DNA of 64,000 nt from Cyanophora paradoxa CCMP329 (Eukaryota; Plantae; Glaucophyta): NCBI GenBank assembly GCA_004431415.1, contig QPMI01000519.1, positions 248,001 to 312,000 of the forward strand, written 5' to 3'. A model generated the notes under the pieces. That model did not search any database. It saw nothing but the letters and a program-made list of their open reading frames with translations, and was not told where the DNA came from. The position numbers were made by a program, and so were the translations under genes. Below, piece by piece: positions 22,746 to 36,400 of this stretch (position 1 is its first letter; every line of letters begins with the position of its first letter).

Positions 22746-25600
22746 CTATCGGGCGCTCTTCACGGGAGAGGCGGGGCCCCTGCGGGGCGAGGTGGAGTCG
22801 TGGGTCGGGCCCAGCGCGAGGTACGCCGCCAGGGCGCCGTTCGCGATGAAGCCGAACCCTGCCGTTGTTGCTTAGCAAACGTTGCTCGGCGTCAAATGAA
22901 ATGAACGAGGGGGCGCACAGTTTATGCTGTTGAAGCCCATGTTGGCGTACAGGAAGCCGCCCAGGGAGGGCGCGATGATGCGCAGGCCGCTGTTCGCGGC
23001 CATGTTGAACCCCAGGATCGTCCCGCTGTCGCTCGGGGGTACAGCCTTCGTCTGCGGGGGTACAGGCGTTTAGGGGGAGGGGGAGGGGGGGCGGAGGGCG
23101 TTCGGAGGTGCGGACCAGGGCGCTCGTGATGATGGTCACTGGCGGAATCGGCCCGGCAGAGGGAAGCCGGCGTTAGAAAGGGGCACGCGCACGGAAAAGA
23201 CAACGCGCGCGCGGGGGACGTCGGCCCCGAGCGCAGCGCACCGATGAGCGTCCCGCCGAAGATGCAAGGCAGCATGCAGACGCAGCTGCGGGAGCGCGTC
23301 AGGACGGGGTACGCTGCACACGAAAAAAGGCGCGGGGGCGCACAGGGTGATGATGCCCTCGCAGGCGGACATCGCCACGAAAGAGACGCCCTGGGCGCCG
23401 CGCCGCGTGAGGCGGGTACACGCATCACGGAGACGAAGGACGGGGGTAGCGCACCATGGAGGCGCAAGAGAGGACCATGAGACGGTGCTCGGGGTACCGC
23501 CGCACCAAGGCGCCCACTGTCGCGAGCGAGCGGGAGGCGCTCAGGCCCGTTCCAAAAACCTCCGGGGTCAGCGGCGTGGCGCTCACGTACCCATCGCGCC
23601 CTGCACGATGATCGATACTACGCCTACGTAGGACAGGACGTAGCTGGCGGGGGTACAGCGTAAGCGATGTTGCGGGGAAGGGGTGGCGGGGGGGGCGGGG
23701 CTGGGGGGCGGAGGGGCACCCGTTCTGCTGGGGGTTGAGCTGGAACTGCTCCACCGCGGCGATCGAGAAGATCGTCTGGAACATGGCGAAGGGGAAGCCG
23801 GAGATGGCCTTGACGATGAGGAGGGCGCGAACCTGCCAGGTGCGGGGGGCGGTCAGGGCGGCAACGGGCCCCGGCGGGGTTCGAGCCGGGCGCCTCCTTG
23901 GATTGGAGGAGGCGGGTGAAGCGGCCCAGGCGGAGCGGGGAGGTGGCGGGGGGCGCGCCGGCGGGGGCGGCGGGGGGGCCGAGGGGCGGCTTGGGGGGCG
24001 CGTCGGAGGAGGGGGCGGGGAGGAGGTCGGGGTGGAGGGAGGCGAGGGGGTCGGCGTCGGGGTCGTCCTCCGGGTGGATGCTCACCACCTTGTGCTTCGT
24101 TTGCTGCCGGCGCCCTCGTTGGGGGTTGAAGGGAGGGGCAGGAGCGGGGGGGCACGGGCCGGGCACCTTGGGGATGCCCCAGAAGATGACGGGCACGGTG
24201 AGCAGGGAGACGAGGGCGGCGAGCGCCGCCACGTTCTGCGCCCGCGCCGGCCCCGAGGCGCCCGGCATCAGCCGCCCCCTCGAGCTGAACCCGGCTAGAG
24301 GCCAGGAGCGCAGGAAGCCGAGGGCTCGGGAAGAGCTAAGAGGAGACGAGGAGGGCGGCGTCGCGTCCCCGGCTCCGGCGCGGGCGGGGCGGGGGCGGGC
24401 GGGACAGCATCAAAGGCGGCATCGCATGCTCCGGCTTCCTCCTCCTCGGGGCGCCGGCGCGGGGGCGCCGGCGGTTCCCTCCCTCGCGCCTCGGGGCGGG
24501 GCGGGGCGGGGCGGGGCGGGGCGGGGCGGGGCGGGGACCTGGTTGCCGAAGAACTTGGAGGCGAGGCCGCCCACGAAGGGGCCGAGGACGATCCCCTGCG
24601 CGCCCCCGCCCCCACCCGGGACGTCAGCCCCGCCGCCTCCGCTTCCCCCCGCTTCTAGCCTCTTTGGAAGCTCGCCGGAGAGACCGCTGCTCGGGGCGGG
24701 GCTCGGGCGGGGGCGCACGAGGCCGTAGCTGACGCCGAGGCGCCCGAGGGCCTCCGCGCGGTCGGCCGTCGTCGAGAGGTCCGTGATCACCATCTGCGCG
24801 CCCTGCGGGGGCGCGGCGGGAGGGGTTGGAGGACGAGGTGTGCGGGGGGCGGGGCGGAGCGCGGAGCATTGGAAGCCCGACGAAAGCGAAAGCTCAATTG
24901 GGGACGTTTGGGGGGAAGGAGGCGTGGTCGGGGCGGGAGGAGGGGGCGGGGGGGGGAGGGGGGGGGAGGGGGAGGGGGCGGGGGGGGAGGTGGCCGCGGG
25001 TGGGGCGGGCCGGGGGGCGGGCCGGGCCGGGGCGCGGCACCTGCATGGCGTGCTGGAAGAGCATGGGTACGCGCGAGAGGAAGAGCCACGTGATCGAGTC
25101 CGCCATCGCGAGGAGGGCGTACCCCGCCCCGCTCGCCGCGATCGCGAGCGTCTGAGGCAGGGGGGGCACGGTAGTCAGGAGTACGAGAGACGCCCGCGCG
25201 CTTCGGAGGGCGGCGCGGCCCCACGCACGAGGGCGATGCGGCCGCCGTGCGAGTCTGCGAAGCGGCCGTAGATAGGGCCTGCCAAGGGAGCTTAGCGATC
25301 CGACGCGGGTACGGCCAGGGATCAAGGAGGAGCGGACCACCCGCAAGCTGCGCGAGGCCGAAGGCCGAAGTGAGGTACCCGAACGTCTCCACATCGGCGC
25401 CCAGCGACTTGGACACGAAGGGCAGCGTGTTCTGCGGCCGCGCCGGGGCTCGCAACCGCGCGGCCCGAGCCAGCGAGCAGATGCCGGCGCAGTGCACCTG
25501 CTGGATCCAGAACGCGAGGCTGTACAAGAAGATCACAAAGTGGCAGAACCTGGGCGGGGCAGGGCCGTCAGCGCGGGCGGGAATGATTCGACCCTCCATA
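22746..25600 (-). CDS. MFS transporter (SLC22A18/TetA-like DHA1 group), spliced; start approximate
   Basis: Exons FVIFLYSLAFWIQ/NTLPFVSKSLGADVETFGYLTSAFGLAQLAGGP/GRFADSHGGR (MFS motif A)/WLFLSRVP/VITDLSTTADRAEALGRLGVSYGL/GIVLGPFVGG...SGTILGFNMAANSGLRIIAPSLGGFLY. TAG at 22746. Confidence 0.92.
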
Positions 25601-25783
25601 TGAAGCAGCGCGGGGCTGGCCGCGGCGCTGCTCGTCTAGATATGCAGATTTCGATTGCGTTTCGGCCGATCGATATCGGGGCAATGTAAGAACTCGCTCC
25701 GGCACGCGCTTGCAATTGCTGCCAGCGGCCCTAGGAACCAACGCCGCGAACGCCCCGCGAGCATAGCTAGAGCCGACGTGCAC

Positions 25784-28700
25784 ATGCATCGCACGCACAC
25801 AACAGGGCGGCGCTCGGTGTACATCTTGCCGGGTAGCGACGCGGCCGGCGGCGGCGGCGACGCGCTCCTTTCTTCCCGCTCACCCTTGCGTTTCATCGAT
25901 ATTGATCGTCCACCGCATCACCTCGCGCCGCAGAAGGGAGCCGCACAGCCCGCACCGCCTTCCCGGGTACGCGGCCGAATTTCAAGTGGTTTGGCGCGCT
26001 TTGTCTGGCACGATGAGGGGCGCCGCCAAGGAGGTCGGCATCTGCAAAGAGTGTATGGAGGCCGTGAAGCCCCTGGAAGGTGCTAACGTGCCTCTCGCCG
26101 AGGCGCGCCGCCGACGCTTGACGTTCTCGGCAGACCCGCCATCGAAGAAGGGCAACCCGTCGTATGCCGCTGTAAAATACTTCAGCGACCTGCGCGTGCA
26201 ACCCGGCGAGAATGCGACGGGTGAGAGATGGCGCGCTCGCGGTCAAATTTGAAGGAGCGCTCAGCCCGTCCGCAGAGGAGACGCTGCGCTGCGGGGACTT
26301 CGGGCTCTGGTGGACCGGAGATGAGACGGGTTGCGACCGCACCATCATGAAGGCGCGCGGAACTGGAACGCCGCGCACGCTCAGTCGCGCTGACCTGTGA
26401 CCACTCGGCCGACTCACAGGTGAAGTCGATCGAGATGAAAGTAGATCGCAATCGTAGGAAAGGAGAAAAGCTCCAGAAGCATTTCATGGCATGCGGGAGT
26501 TATTGCTTCACTCGACGGGAAGCCCTACGCGACGCCAGCAAAGACCTTCCTGAGCTCGCAGACGTGCTGCCGGCGCCGTTCTCTCCCGATGACGAGGTTT
26601 TTTACAGCCGCGCATGTGAGCCCTGTATCGCAGCGCTTCTCCCAGCGCTGCCACTGACTTGTGTTTTTAAAGCCGGGGAGATGCCAATTTGCGCGATGGC
26701 GGGAACTGTCACGGGTCCGCCCCTCCCCTCCGCTTGACTTCTTCATGCTGATTCTCGCCGACCGCAGTCCGGGCGGTGCGCCACAATCCGGACGATGCGC
26801 TACGACGGCAGTCCGCTCAGGTCCCGCACGACTACAAGGGCCACCAAGAGCACGAGTGCGCCCCGCAGCTGCTGCCTTTTCCCTCGCAGATCTTGCCCAC
26901 GCTTGGCGCAGGTACATCGTGCGGCGTTCTGTGCAAATGCCCAGAAAGGACAGTGAGGTTTTTAAGGTCATCGGCATTGGATCTCTGACTGAGGATCATT
27001 TGGAGGATCTCGGCCTCTCCTGTGCGCCTCCCCCTCGCTCGCGTTCGTACGCTCCGCCGACGCCCTTGTGCATGTGCAGACCCGACGTCGGTCTCGCTGC
27101 GGCGCCAGAGCCATAAGCAGCACGAGGACTTGTCAGCCCTCGCCGCGGATCTCCAGAAGGACGGGAAACGCCGCCGCGTGTTCACGGTGAGCGCGCGGCG
27201 TCAGCGCAGCGCACCACCGCCGCCGCCCACGCAGCCCGCCTCGCGCCGATGCACCGCGTACGCAGGAACTGGCCGACCACCTTCGGGCCCCGGGCTCCTC
27301 CCCGCCGCCCCCTGCTGCCGCCCCGCGGCGGCGCGAGAAGTTGGAAGCTCCCTCGCCCAACGCCCACGCCGGCGAGGCGCCGCTGGAAGCCGCGGCCGCC
27401 GAGGAGCCGGCGAGGGCCGCCGAGGCCCCCTCCTCGCCCCCGGAGCCCGCGGTGGCGGCGAAGGCGATGGAGGCAGGCCCCTCGTCTCCGCCAAAGGGGG
27501 ACGGCCCTTCCTCCCCGAGCAGCGACGGCGAGGCGAGCCCGGAGCACGTCCACAGCCTCCTCTCGCCGCCCTTCGGCAACACCGGGAGCCCGCCCTCGCC
27601 CCGGGTCCTCCCGCCCAGCCCCGTGCGCCGGATCCGCCGCCCCCGCCCGCTGCCAGGCGCGCCCCTGACGTTCGGTGCAGGTGCCGGGCCCCCAGGAGCT
27701 CTTGGAGCAGGCGGCCGGTGCGGAGGTCGCCGCGGCGCCGGCGGAGAGCCAGGCGGCGCTGCCCCGCCCGCAGCTCGCGGCCGAGGCGCAGGTGACGCAC
27801 GACGAGTGGCCGGAGCCGGCGGTGGCGGCCGACCCGATGGTCGTCGAAGAGCCTGCAGGGTTCCCCGGCCCGCAGGCCAGCAGCGACAGCGGCAGCAGCG
27901 GCGGCGGCACCGGAGGCGCCGCTCAGGGCGAGGCCGAGTCCCCCGCGTCACCGCCCTCCGCGCTGGTGAGCCTCGCCTCCCTCCTCTCACGCGCCGCATC
28001 CTCTAACCTTTAAGTGAATCGCGGCAGGGGGAGTCGCCGGAGTGGCTGAGCCCCGTCGTCGTCATCGACGTGACGCCGGAAATGTCGCCTTCTCTGGCGG
28101 CGGCGCCGGCGCCGTTGGCTGGCGCCGAGGTGGCCCTGCCGGCTCGCCTTGTCGTCACCCTCTTCGGCGCGCCGGCCGCTGAGGCGAGTCCGGCGACCCA
28201 GGCCGCCCCGCCGCCGCCGCCGCTGTCGCTGGCGAGCGCGGTCGATTCGCCCGCGGAGGAGGAGGCGCCCCTTCCGCCTCCGGAGGAACCAGCGGCAGCG
28301 GCAGCCGAGACCGCTCCGGCAGCCGAGGCTGCGGCGTTACCGCTCGTCGAAGCGAGCCCGGTCGACTTGCCGGAGACAGAAGAGCAGCACGTGCGACCAG
28401 CGGGCGAGGCGGCACCGGAGTCCGAGGCGGCGTCGGAGGCCGAGGCGGTGCCGGCAGTCGCGGTCGCACCGGCAGTCGAGGCGGCGCCGGCAGTCGCGGC
28501 CGCACCGGCAGTCGAGGCGGTGCCGGTAGCGGAGGCGGCGCTGCGCTCGCCGGCGCCGGCCGCCGTGGGCCCGCTCGACTCACCGGCCCGCGCGGTTGCG
28601 GCCCTCATCCACCTCGAGCTCTCGCCGGAGGCTCCTCCGGCCCCGGAGGCGCCGCGGACTTCGGAGGTGGCGCCCTCCGCGCCCCAGCTGGCGCCCGCCG

Positions 28701-30726
28701 TGGCGAACCTGATCGAGCTCATCGATGCGGAGGCGGAGGAGATCGGGCTGGCCGCTCCGGAGCGCGTCCCGGCGGCCCCGGCGGCCCAGCCCGAGGGCCC
28801 CTTCCCCCCCTCTGGCGCCCTGGGAGTGTCCGTCTTCGGCTCCTCCTCCCCCGGCGCGGCCCCTTTCGCGCCCCGCCGCGCGCCGTCCCCGTCCCCGGGG
28901 CCCTCCTCCTCCCCGCCCCGCCCCCTTTCCCGTCCGCCCCTCTTCCCCGCGGCTCCGGCCAAGCGCTCGCCGCGCCGGCACATGTCGGGCGACTCGGACG
29001 ACGAGAAGCCGCCGTCGCCCGGCCGCCGCCCGCCGGCGCCCTCCTCCTCGTCTTCCTCCTCCTCGTCCTCCTCCTCCTTCCGCTCCGTGCTCCGGACCGC
29101 GGGGACCGCCAAGCGACGCGGCAGCATCCGCTGGCGCAGCCCGCTCGAGGAGGTGAGCCGCGCTGCGCGGCGCGAGCGCTCCCGCTCGCCCCGCGCGCAT
29201 CACGCCTGAGCGCCCTCCCTCAGGTAAGGGATTACGTGACCAAGGAGGAGGTCAAGCGGCTCGAGCAGGAGGAGGAGGAGGCGGAGGAGCGGGCGAAGAA
29301 GGAGCGGGGCGAGGCGATGCGGCAGGAGGCCGCCCGCCGGCGCGAGGCGGCGAGGCTCAGGAAGGAGGCGGAGGCAAAGGCTGAGGCCGCCGCCGCCGCC
29401 GCCGCCGCTGCCTCCTCCTCGACGGCGTCGATCTTCGCCGGCTCCAGCTCCGCCCCGGCCTCGCCCTCGCGCCTCCCGCTCGCCCCGCGGAACGGCACGC
29501 CGGCCCGGCCGGTCGGGGCCCCCGGCAGCCCCAGCGGGGCCCTCAAGCGCCCCGCGCTGGCCTCTTCGGCCCCGCCCTCGCCGCAGGCCGCCAAGCGTCC
29601 CCGAGCTCTCCCCCCCTCATCCGACAGCGGCGCCGACCGCGCAGCGACGTCCCCTGCTCCGATCCCGGCCGCCGCCGCGAGAGGCTCTCGGCTCCTCTCG
29701 GCCCCGGCAGCGCACGGCAGGGGCCAGGCCGTCGCCCCGTACCCCGCCCCCTGCGAGGCGTCGGACGCGGAGGACTGGGGGCGCGCGTCCCCCCCGAAGC
29801 GGGCGCCGCCGGCCAACTCATCCCGCGCTGCCAGCCGCCCCGCGGGGCCCCCGCCCGCCCTCGGCCGCGCGCCCGGCGGGGGCGGCCGCGCCCCGCGCCC
29901 GCCGCCTGAGCCCGAGCCCTCTGCCCCAGCGGCCCGTGCTCCTTGCCTCGGGCCCGCGTCCCCCCAAGCCCCTGGGGCCCTCACCCGCGTCGTCGCGCGC
30001 CTCGCCGGCCCCCGTGGCCCGCGGCTCGCCGCCCCCGCCCGCCGTCTCCGATGACAACGTCGACGTGCGTCCTGACCGCCTCACCCGCGCGCCCGCCTGA
30101 GGCCCCGCGCAGGACGACGGCGGCTCGCCCGGGCCGCACGGGTCCCCTCCCCTCAACCGCACCCTGCCCCGCATCGGTGCCCTGCTCACACCCCCCCCCC
30201 CCCCCTTCCCGCCTCGGCGCCGCATCCGCGGCTGACGCCCCGCGCGCCGGCCGCGCCGCGAAGCCTTCCTGGTGGAGCGGGGCGCCATCAGAAGGGAGGA
30301 GCGGGCCGTGGTCGAGGCGGCCGTACGCGCGGAGGCGGCCAGCGGGCGGTGGCAGGTCCGGCGGCAGATCAAGGCATGCGTCCCCACCGCCGCCGGCGCC
30401 TGGCCCTTCCGATTGCCGTCTGACGGTCCGCGGCGCAGAACATGGAGGCGACGGCGCTGCGGCTGGCGGCGCAGGGGTGCGACCTCCTCAGGATGTGCGG
30501 CTGCGAGCTCGACGGGGCCGGCCGCAGCTCGAGCCCCAGCGGCAGCGGCCCGAGCTCGAGCTCCAGCAGCGGCGCCGGCGCGAGCTCCGGCAGCCCGCCC
30601 GGCGCGGGTGCCAGCTCGAGCCCCAACGGCGCGGGCCCCAGCTCGAGCAGCGCCGGCGCTAGCTCGGGCCCCTGCGGCGGGAGCCCTCGCGATCGCGCGT
30701 TCGCAGACGAGGTCGAGGACCTGTAG
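25784..30726 (+). CDS. Large spliced protein with an N-terminal BAH-like domain and long Ala/Pro/Glu low-complexity region; start approximate
   Basis: LRCGDFGLWW...IMK/VKSIEMK...MACGSYCFTRRE...DEVFYSR/ICAMAGTVT...YIVRRSV follows the BAH pattern (GD-x-hydrophobic, W/YFxRxE, ELFxS, IxGKCxV, FxxRxxY). It is followed by AAPAVEA repeats and a coiled coil, and ends RAFADEVEDL*. Confidence 0.6.
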
Positions 30727-31569
30727 CCGGAAGGTGCAGCTAGAGAGTCATCTGTGTAGATCCCTTGGATCGAGTCCGCACTCGCACCAACAAATTCGAA
30801 CGCCATGTATACGTAGCTATAGCTAGCGCTAGCGCTTCGCGACATGCGGAAGCCGTATCTGGTATTGGTGTTATCTGATATAGGGATCGGAGATTCGTAG
30901 CAAGCATATGCCGCAGATATGATCACGTGCTACCGCAGACCTTGAGTTCGCTGCGCCGAAACCTGCCGCCTCGGGATCCGAACCGGTACTGATCCCGTCG
31001 GTTAGCGAAGGTGCAGGCCTACGCCTAGCTATAGGCCGTCTAGACCTCGAGCTCGCGTGCGTGCGCTGGATTAGTTGCCTTCCGGCACGCGCAAATCCAG
31101 GAGTCGCTAAGCCCAACTGCCGCTCCTTGAAACTAGGCGCCAGCTGCAGGCAGCGACACAGCGTCGCTTAGCGCACCGCAGTCCACACGAGAGCCATTTG
31201 GGCACGATTCTTGGTCCTTTTTGAGGCAAACTGCGCAGGCTCGTTGGAGGCTCCGACTGTTGTTTGTCAGCCTCTAATCTCGATCTGGCTGACGGCAGGG
31301 CGCCTCGAGCGGTCCGACACGCAGCCGGATCGGTGAGCCTATTCAGACACTTGTCATTGCACCACCGAGCCCGCTGCTCTGGGTCCAGCCATCTTACTGA
31401 TCATGCTTGTGTTCTCGGCCTGGCAACATGCGCAGCCTCCGAGGCTCGACTCCCGCCGAACAGTGCCGGGAGCGAGCTTCTTCGCACGCTGATTTCGCGT
31501 AATCCAGTCCATACAATCGTCGTGCGCGTCGCGCCTCGCCGTCTAGGCGAGGGCCGGGCCGCACCGAAA

Positions 31570-33005
31570 GCATCAACGCTCAGACCCATTGTGCAGCGTC
31601 CACGATGTCGACGACGACGACGACGACGAGGCCCGACGATGGCTGCGCATGCTGCGGCATGACGTCGTACGCCAACGACGAGGTCGTCTATCCCCCGCTC
31701 CCGCAGTGGTGCGCGCCGCGCCGCGTCACCGAAGTGACCGCCGGATCGGGAGGCCCCTAGGGGCTGTCGCTCCTGCGCGGCCCGCTGGCATGACGCGCGG
31801 TGGCTGCGGCAGGTACAACAAACACGTTAAGTACGTGATGTGCGATGGCGGCGGCGACGGCGGCGGCGGCATCCCCGAAGGGAAGTTCACGATCCGCGAG
31901 GTCCGTTCGAGCTCGCATCTCCGGCCCGGCCCCATCGCGGCCGCCACGCCTCCGTCCCGAGCGGCTCGGTGTGCAGGCCGCCAGCGGCAAGTGCCTCTTC
32001 TTCGATTCGACGGCGGAGGCGGACGGGCTCTGGGCCCTCCGCGCTGCCGAGTGCAATTTCGCCGACCGTGCGCCCGCTCGCCCCCTGGCGTGCCCCTCCC
32101 GCCGGCTCCCGTCCGACCGCGTACCCGTCCCGCAGCCGAGCCGAAGTTCCTCTGGTCCTACGCCACGATCGACCCCGAGCACGAGGAGGCCCAGTACCGC
32201 GGCCTCGAGAACAACGTGCCCCCGCCCCTCCCCCGATCGAACATTGTACCCCCCACCCTCGCTGACGCCGGCGCCTCGCCGCGCTGCAGGGCAAGCACGT
32301 GGACCTCCCCGGCGCGTGGGAGGGGTACTACACGGAGGAGCAGGAGCCCCCGGCGCTCATCCGGGGTGGCCCGGAGCAGACGAGCTTCCCCGACCAGGAA
32401 ATTTTGTAAGCGTAGCCTGCCATGCGCAGCCTCGTGCTCCTCTGCCGGCGGCCCGCTGAGACGCGCGCCGGGGGCCTCCTCCTCTCGCGCGCGCCCGGCC
32501 AGGTTCGAGCAGCTCTCGACGGACGAGACGGACGGGGACAAGACGCTCATCTGGATGAGGATGGGCGACACCGTCTGGACGTACGACGGCGACTCCGCGG
32601 CCGTCGAGCACGCCGCCCTGTGCGCTCTGTCGCAACCCTCCCGCCCGCTGCTGCTGCTGCGCCCGATCCGACTCACGGCCCGATCGCGCGCAGCGCCGAC
32701 GGTCCCCCGACGCCGCAGCAGACCTTCGTCGTGTACCCCTCCGGCCGCCTGCCCTCGGCCGAAGCCGTACTCAGCGCCGACGTTCGGCTGGACGATGCGG
32801 CCCAGGAGGCCGAGCAGGACGAGGAGTACGAGATCGAGGAGGGCGCCGCCGAGGTGCGCCCCGGCCGGGCGGCGCCTGCGCCCTTCCGCCCTCCTCGGCG
32901 TTGCAATTGCCTGATGCGCGTTCCTGCCCGCAGGCCGAGGCCGCGGCGGTCGCGGCGGCCGAAGCCGCCGCCGCAGACTCCGTCGAGGCCCTCCCCGTCG
33001 CCTGA
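31570..33005 (+). CDS. Spliced protein with a ricin-B/beta-trefoil-like segment and acidic tail; 5' exons uncertain
   Basis: GKFTIRE/AASGKCLFFD...AECNFAD/AEPKFLWSY resembles the ricin-B subdomain pattern (IxxxxSGKCL...C...QxW). Downstream exons GKHVDLPGAWEGYY and LIWMRMGDTVWTYDG. TGA at 33003-33005. Confidence 0.55.
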
Positions 33006-33493
33006 GCTCCTCAAGCTGCTGAGCGCCTAGCGCGGCTCATTGTAAATTTTTGGTTTATTCGAGCCGCCAGCCGCTTAGCTAGCCTAGTAGCCCACGGTGA
33101 ATTTTTGAAGGCGGTGCATATGCATTGGCCTCGAGGCGCCGGCAAGCAGCCAGCTAGCGCCGCGGCGCTGCAGGGCGTCGCCTGAGCGCCTGGGACCGCA
33201 GCGCTTGTCCTTGCCGAAGCCAGCCCACGATCATGAAGCGCATATGTATATGCCGCTGACGTCGAGTCGACGCTGCAGCTGCGTGCACGTGAAGCTGGGA
33301 GGCGCTTCGAGCTGGCTGTACCCCCAGCTCCCGCCTTGAGTCCAATTGCAAGGCGCGGCGTACGCGTCCACCCGCCGCCCGGCCGCCGCACTCCTGCAGT
33401 GCCAGCCTTTGCGAGCGAGTAGAGAAGTGGGACCGGCGGCGTCCCCGCGTCCGCAACAGCCTAAACCCAGCAGGGAACCAGTTTGCAGCAGCG

Positions 33494-36400
33494 ATGAAGG
33501 CGCTCGGCCGTGCGCTCAAACGCACGCTCACGGGCAAGGTGCCGATGAAGTGCGTCGAACGGCCTGCTTTTTGACACGCACCGCCGAAGCTCCTCCGACC
33601 CACAGCCGCCCGCCCTCCGCCCGTCCCTAACCGAGCACGCGTCGCAGGTACTCGTTCAACATCGTGCTTTCCTTCGGTGAGCGCCTGCGCCCCGCCCTGC
33701 CCGCCGCTCGCCGGACGGCTAACGCCCGCCGCAGCTCAAAACTTCCCGTGAGCGCCGCGCTCTGCGTGAGCGCCGCGCGAGTGCTGCGCTAAAGCCAAGC
33801 GCAGCTCGAGGATCCAAGGAACGATGGTGCAGACCGAGCTGAAGGTCGGCGCGCGCTTTTCGAAAACCAGTCGAGCCGCTGAGCCCCGCACAGCGGGGGA
33901 CGAAGACGCGGGCCAGCGGCCCCGCGTCGATCCAGCAGCGCAACGGGAAGGAAATCGCCGTGTGGGAAGAAACGCTCTCAGTGACGGTCACGATGTGCGC
34001 CCCCCGCGGAGCCTCAACCCGCCCGCCTCGCTTCGCCGCGCCGCGGACCGACGCGGCGGGCAGGTTCAAGGACCAGCGCACGCACCAGTTCACAGAGAAG
34101 GAGGCGAAGATCAGCGTGCTGGCGGTGGAGGGCCCGGCCAAGCAGCGCGTGCTCGGGAGCACGTACCTGAACCTGGCGGAGTTCGTGCTGCCGGGCACGC
34201 AAGAGTTCCGCGAGACGCTCGTGCTCCCGCTCTCGAACTCGGCGAGCAAGCGGCAGCGCAAGTTCTCGCGTGGCGCCCAGAGCGCTCCCCACGACGCGGT
34301 GCTCCTCACGGCCACCATTCAGACATGGTGGCTCCAGGATTACAAGCGGCGGTCTGCCGAGCCGGCCCCCCTCCCCGCGCCCCGCCCGCCGCCGCTCAGC
34401 GGAGGGGGCGCAGGGACGACGCGTCGAGCCACCTCTCGGACCGCACGGGCGTCACCGCCACGACGGCGGGCGCCCTCGGGGCCGACACTGACTTCGGTGC
34501 TCTAGAGCTCGGCTGAGCGCCCGCCAGTCGCTTGAACCGACCCCGCCGGCCGCAGACGACTCGGATGTTGAGGACGCGGCCCCGGAACCCGACCAGGTGC
34601 CCCCTGCTGCCCGGCCCCCGCCGCCTCCTCCCCCCCTCCTTGCGCGGTCGAACCCCCGCTCGCAGTACCGTCGTCAGAACGGGCAGCCGGCCGGCCCGCC
34701 CGCGCCGGCCTGGCAGCAGCCGCCGCCCCAGCCGCAAGCGCCCCTGTGCGTGGGCCCGCCCGCCGGCCCCCTCGCTTTCCTCTTGCCCACGGCCGCGGCG
34801 CAGGGCGCAGCCGCTCATGGGATCAAACCGGCCCTCAATGGAGGGCTCGAGCCGGAGCCGGGGACTCTTCGGCGTGGATCCGGGCCCGGGCCCGGCGCAG
34901 ACGCAGGCGCCGCCACAGTTCCGCCCCCCGCCCCCCGCGGGGCCGCCGCCGCCAGCGCCGCACCTTCAGCAGCACCCGCAGTCCGCGGCGGCGCCGTACC
35001 GGCCCCCGCCGCCGGCCGGCCCGCCTCCGCCGCAGCCGCAGCCGATCCCGCAGCCGATCCAGTCGTCCTACCGGCCCCCGCCGCAGCACGTGATGGGGGG
35101 CCACGCCGCCCCGCCCGCGCCTGCGCCCATCCAGCAGTCGTACCAGCCGCCGGCGCAGCCGTACCAGCCGCCGGGGCCGCCATACCAGCCGTCGGCGCAG
35201 CCATACCAGCCGCCGGGGCCGCCGGCGCCGCAGTTCCACCAGCCGCCGGGACCGCCGCCAGCCGCGAGCTACATGCCGGAGCCCGTCCCGACCCCCCAGA
35301 GCTCCTTCCGGGGCCGCGACCCGGCGCCCGTCTTCCGCCCCATCGGCGCGCCCGCCGGCGCCGTACCCGGCGAGCCGCCGCGCGTACCCGTCGCCCGGTC
35401 GCGCTCGGCCGACCCCGCCGCGTTCGGCAGCCCCGCCGACCGGCACGGGGGCCGATGGGCGCGGGGCCCGGCGCGCCGTTCCTGGGCGCCGGTCCGCCCC
35501 TCACGCCGGCGGGCAGCGGCGGGCGCGTGCGCAGCGCGTATGCCGCGGACGCGCCGGTCGGTTCGGGCCACCGGGGCACCTTCCAGCTGCAGGCGGAGCA
35601 GCCGGCGGCGCCCCTGCAGCAGCCCTCGCGCCCGTCGCTCGACCGCAGCGCCGCCGGCCCCGCCAGCGGGCGCCCCTCGCTCGACCGGTCGGCCTCGGGC
35701 GGGGCCCGACGGGCGGCGCCCCGGGCTCCGGCATCTTCCCCTCCACCTCAGCCCGCTCCTTCGTGCAGGCGCTGGGGCCTTCCCCGGAGGGGCCGCGGGC
35801 CCCGGGCCGGCGCTGGGCCCCACCTCCCTCGCCCCCGCCTTCTCGCACGCGCAGGCCCAGGTCGCCGGCCGGGCCGCCCAGTGGGAGGCGGGGCCGCAGC
35901 AGCGCTCGCTGGCCCCCGCGGGGCCGGCGCCGCCCCTGCGGCGGCCCGAGGGCCCCGGCTCCGACGGGCCGTCCCCCGCCGAGACGCCCCGCAGCGTGGC
36001 CGCGTACGGCCCGGGGCCCGGCATCTCCCCGGCCGCCCTCACCCGCGCCCTCACCGCCGCCCAGCAGGCCAGCCTCCCCCGCTCCCCTCCCTGTATCCCC
36101 CTAACGCCCCGGGCAGGCGGAGGCGGGGCAGCGCGAGGCCGAGCTCCGGCGCCTCCACGACCTCGAGGGGCGCGTCAAGGTCGGGCCCGCTCCCCCCCGC
36201 GCCCGCCTTCGCGAGCGCCGCCGCACGCTCGAGCGCCGCGGGCAACGCAGACGCTGTACCTGGCGAACGTGGAGCTGCAGCGGGAGCGGCAGCAGCTGCA
36301 GGAGGAGAAGGCGGCGATCGCCGCGCAGCTCAAGGCGGCCGAGGAGCGCGCCGCCTGGCTCCACGCCGACCGCGAGCGGCTGAACGAGCAGCTGAACCGG

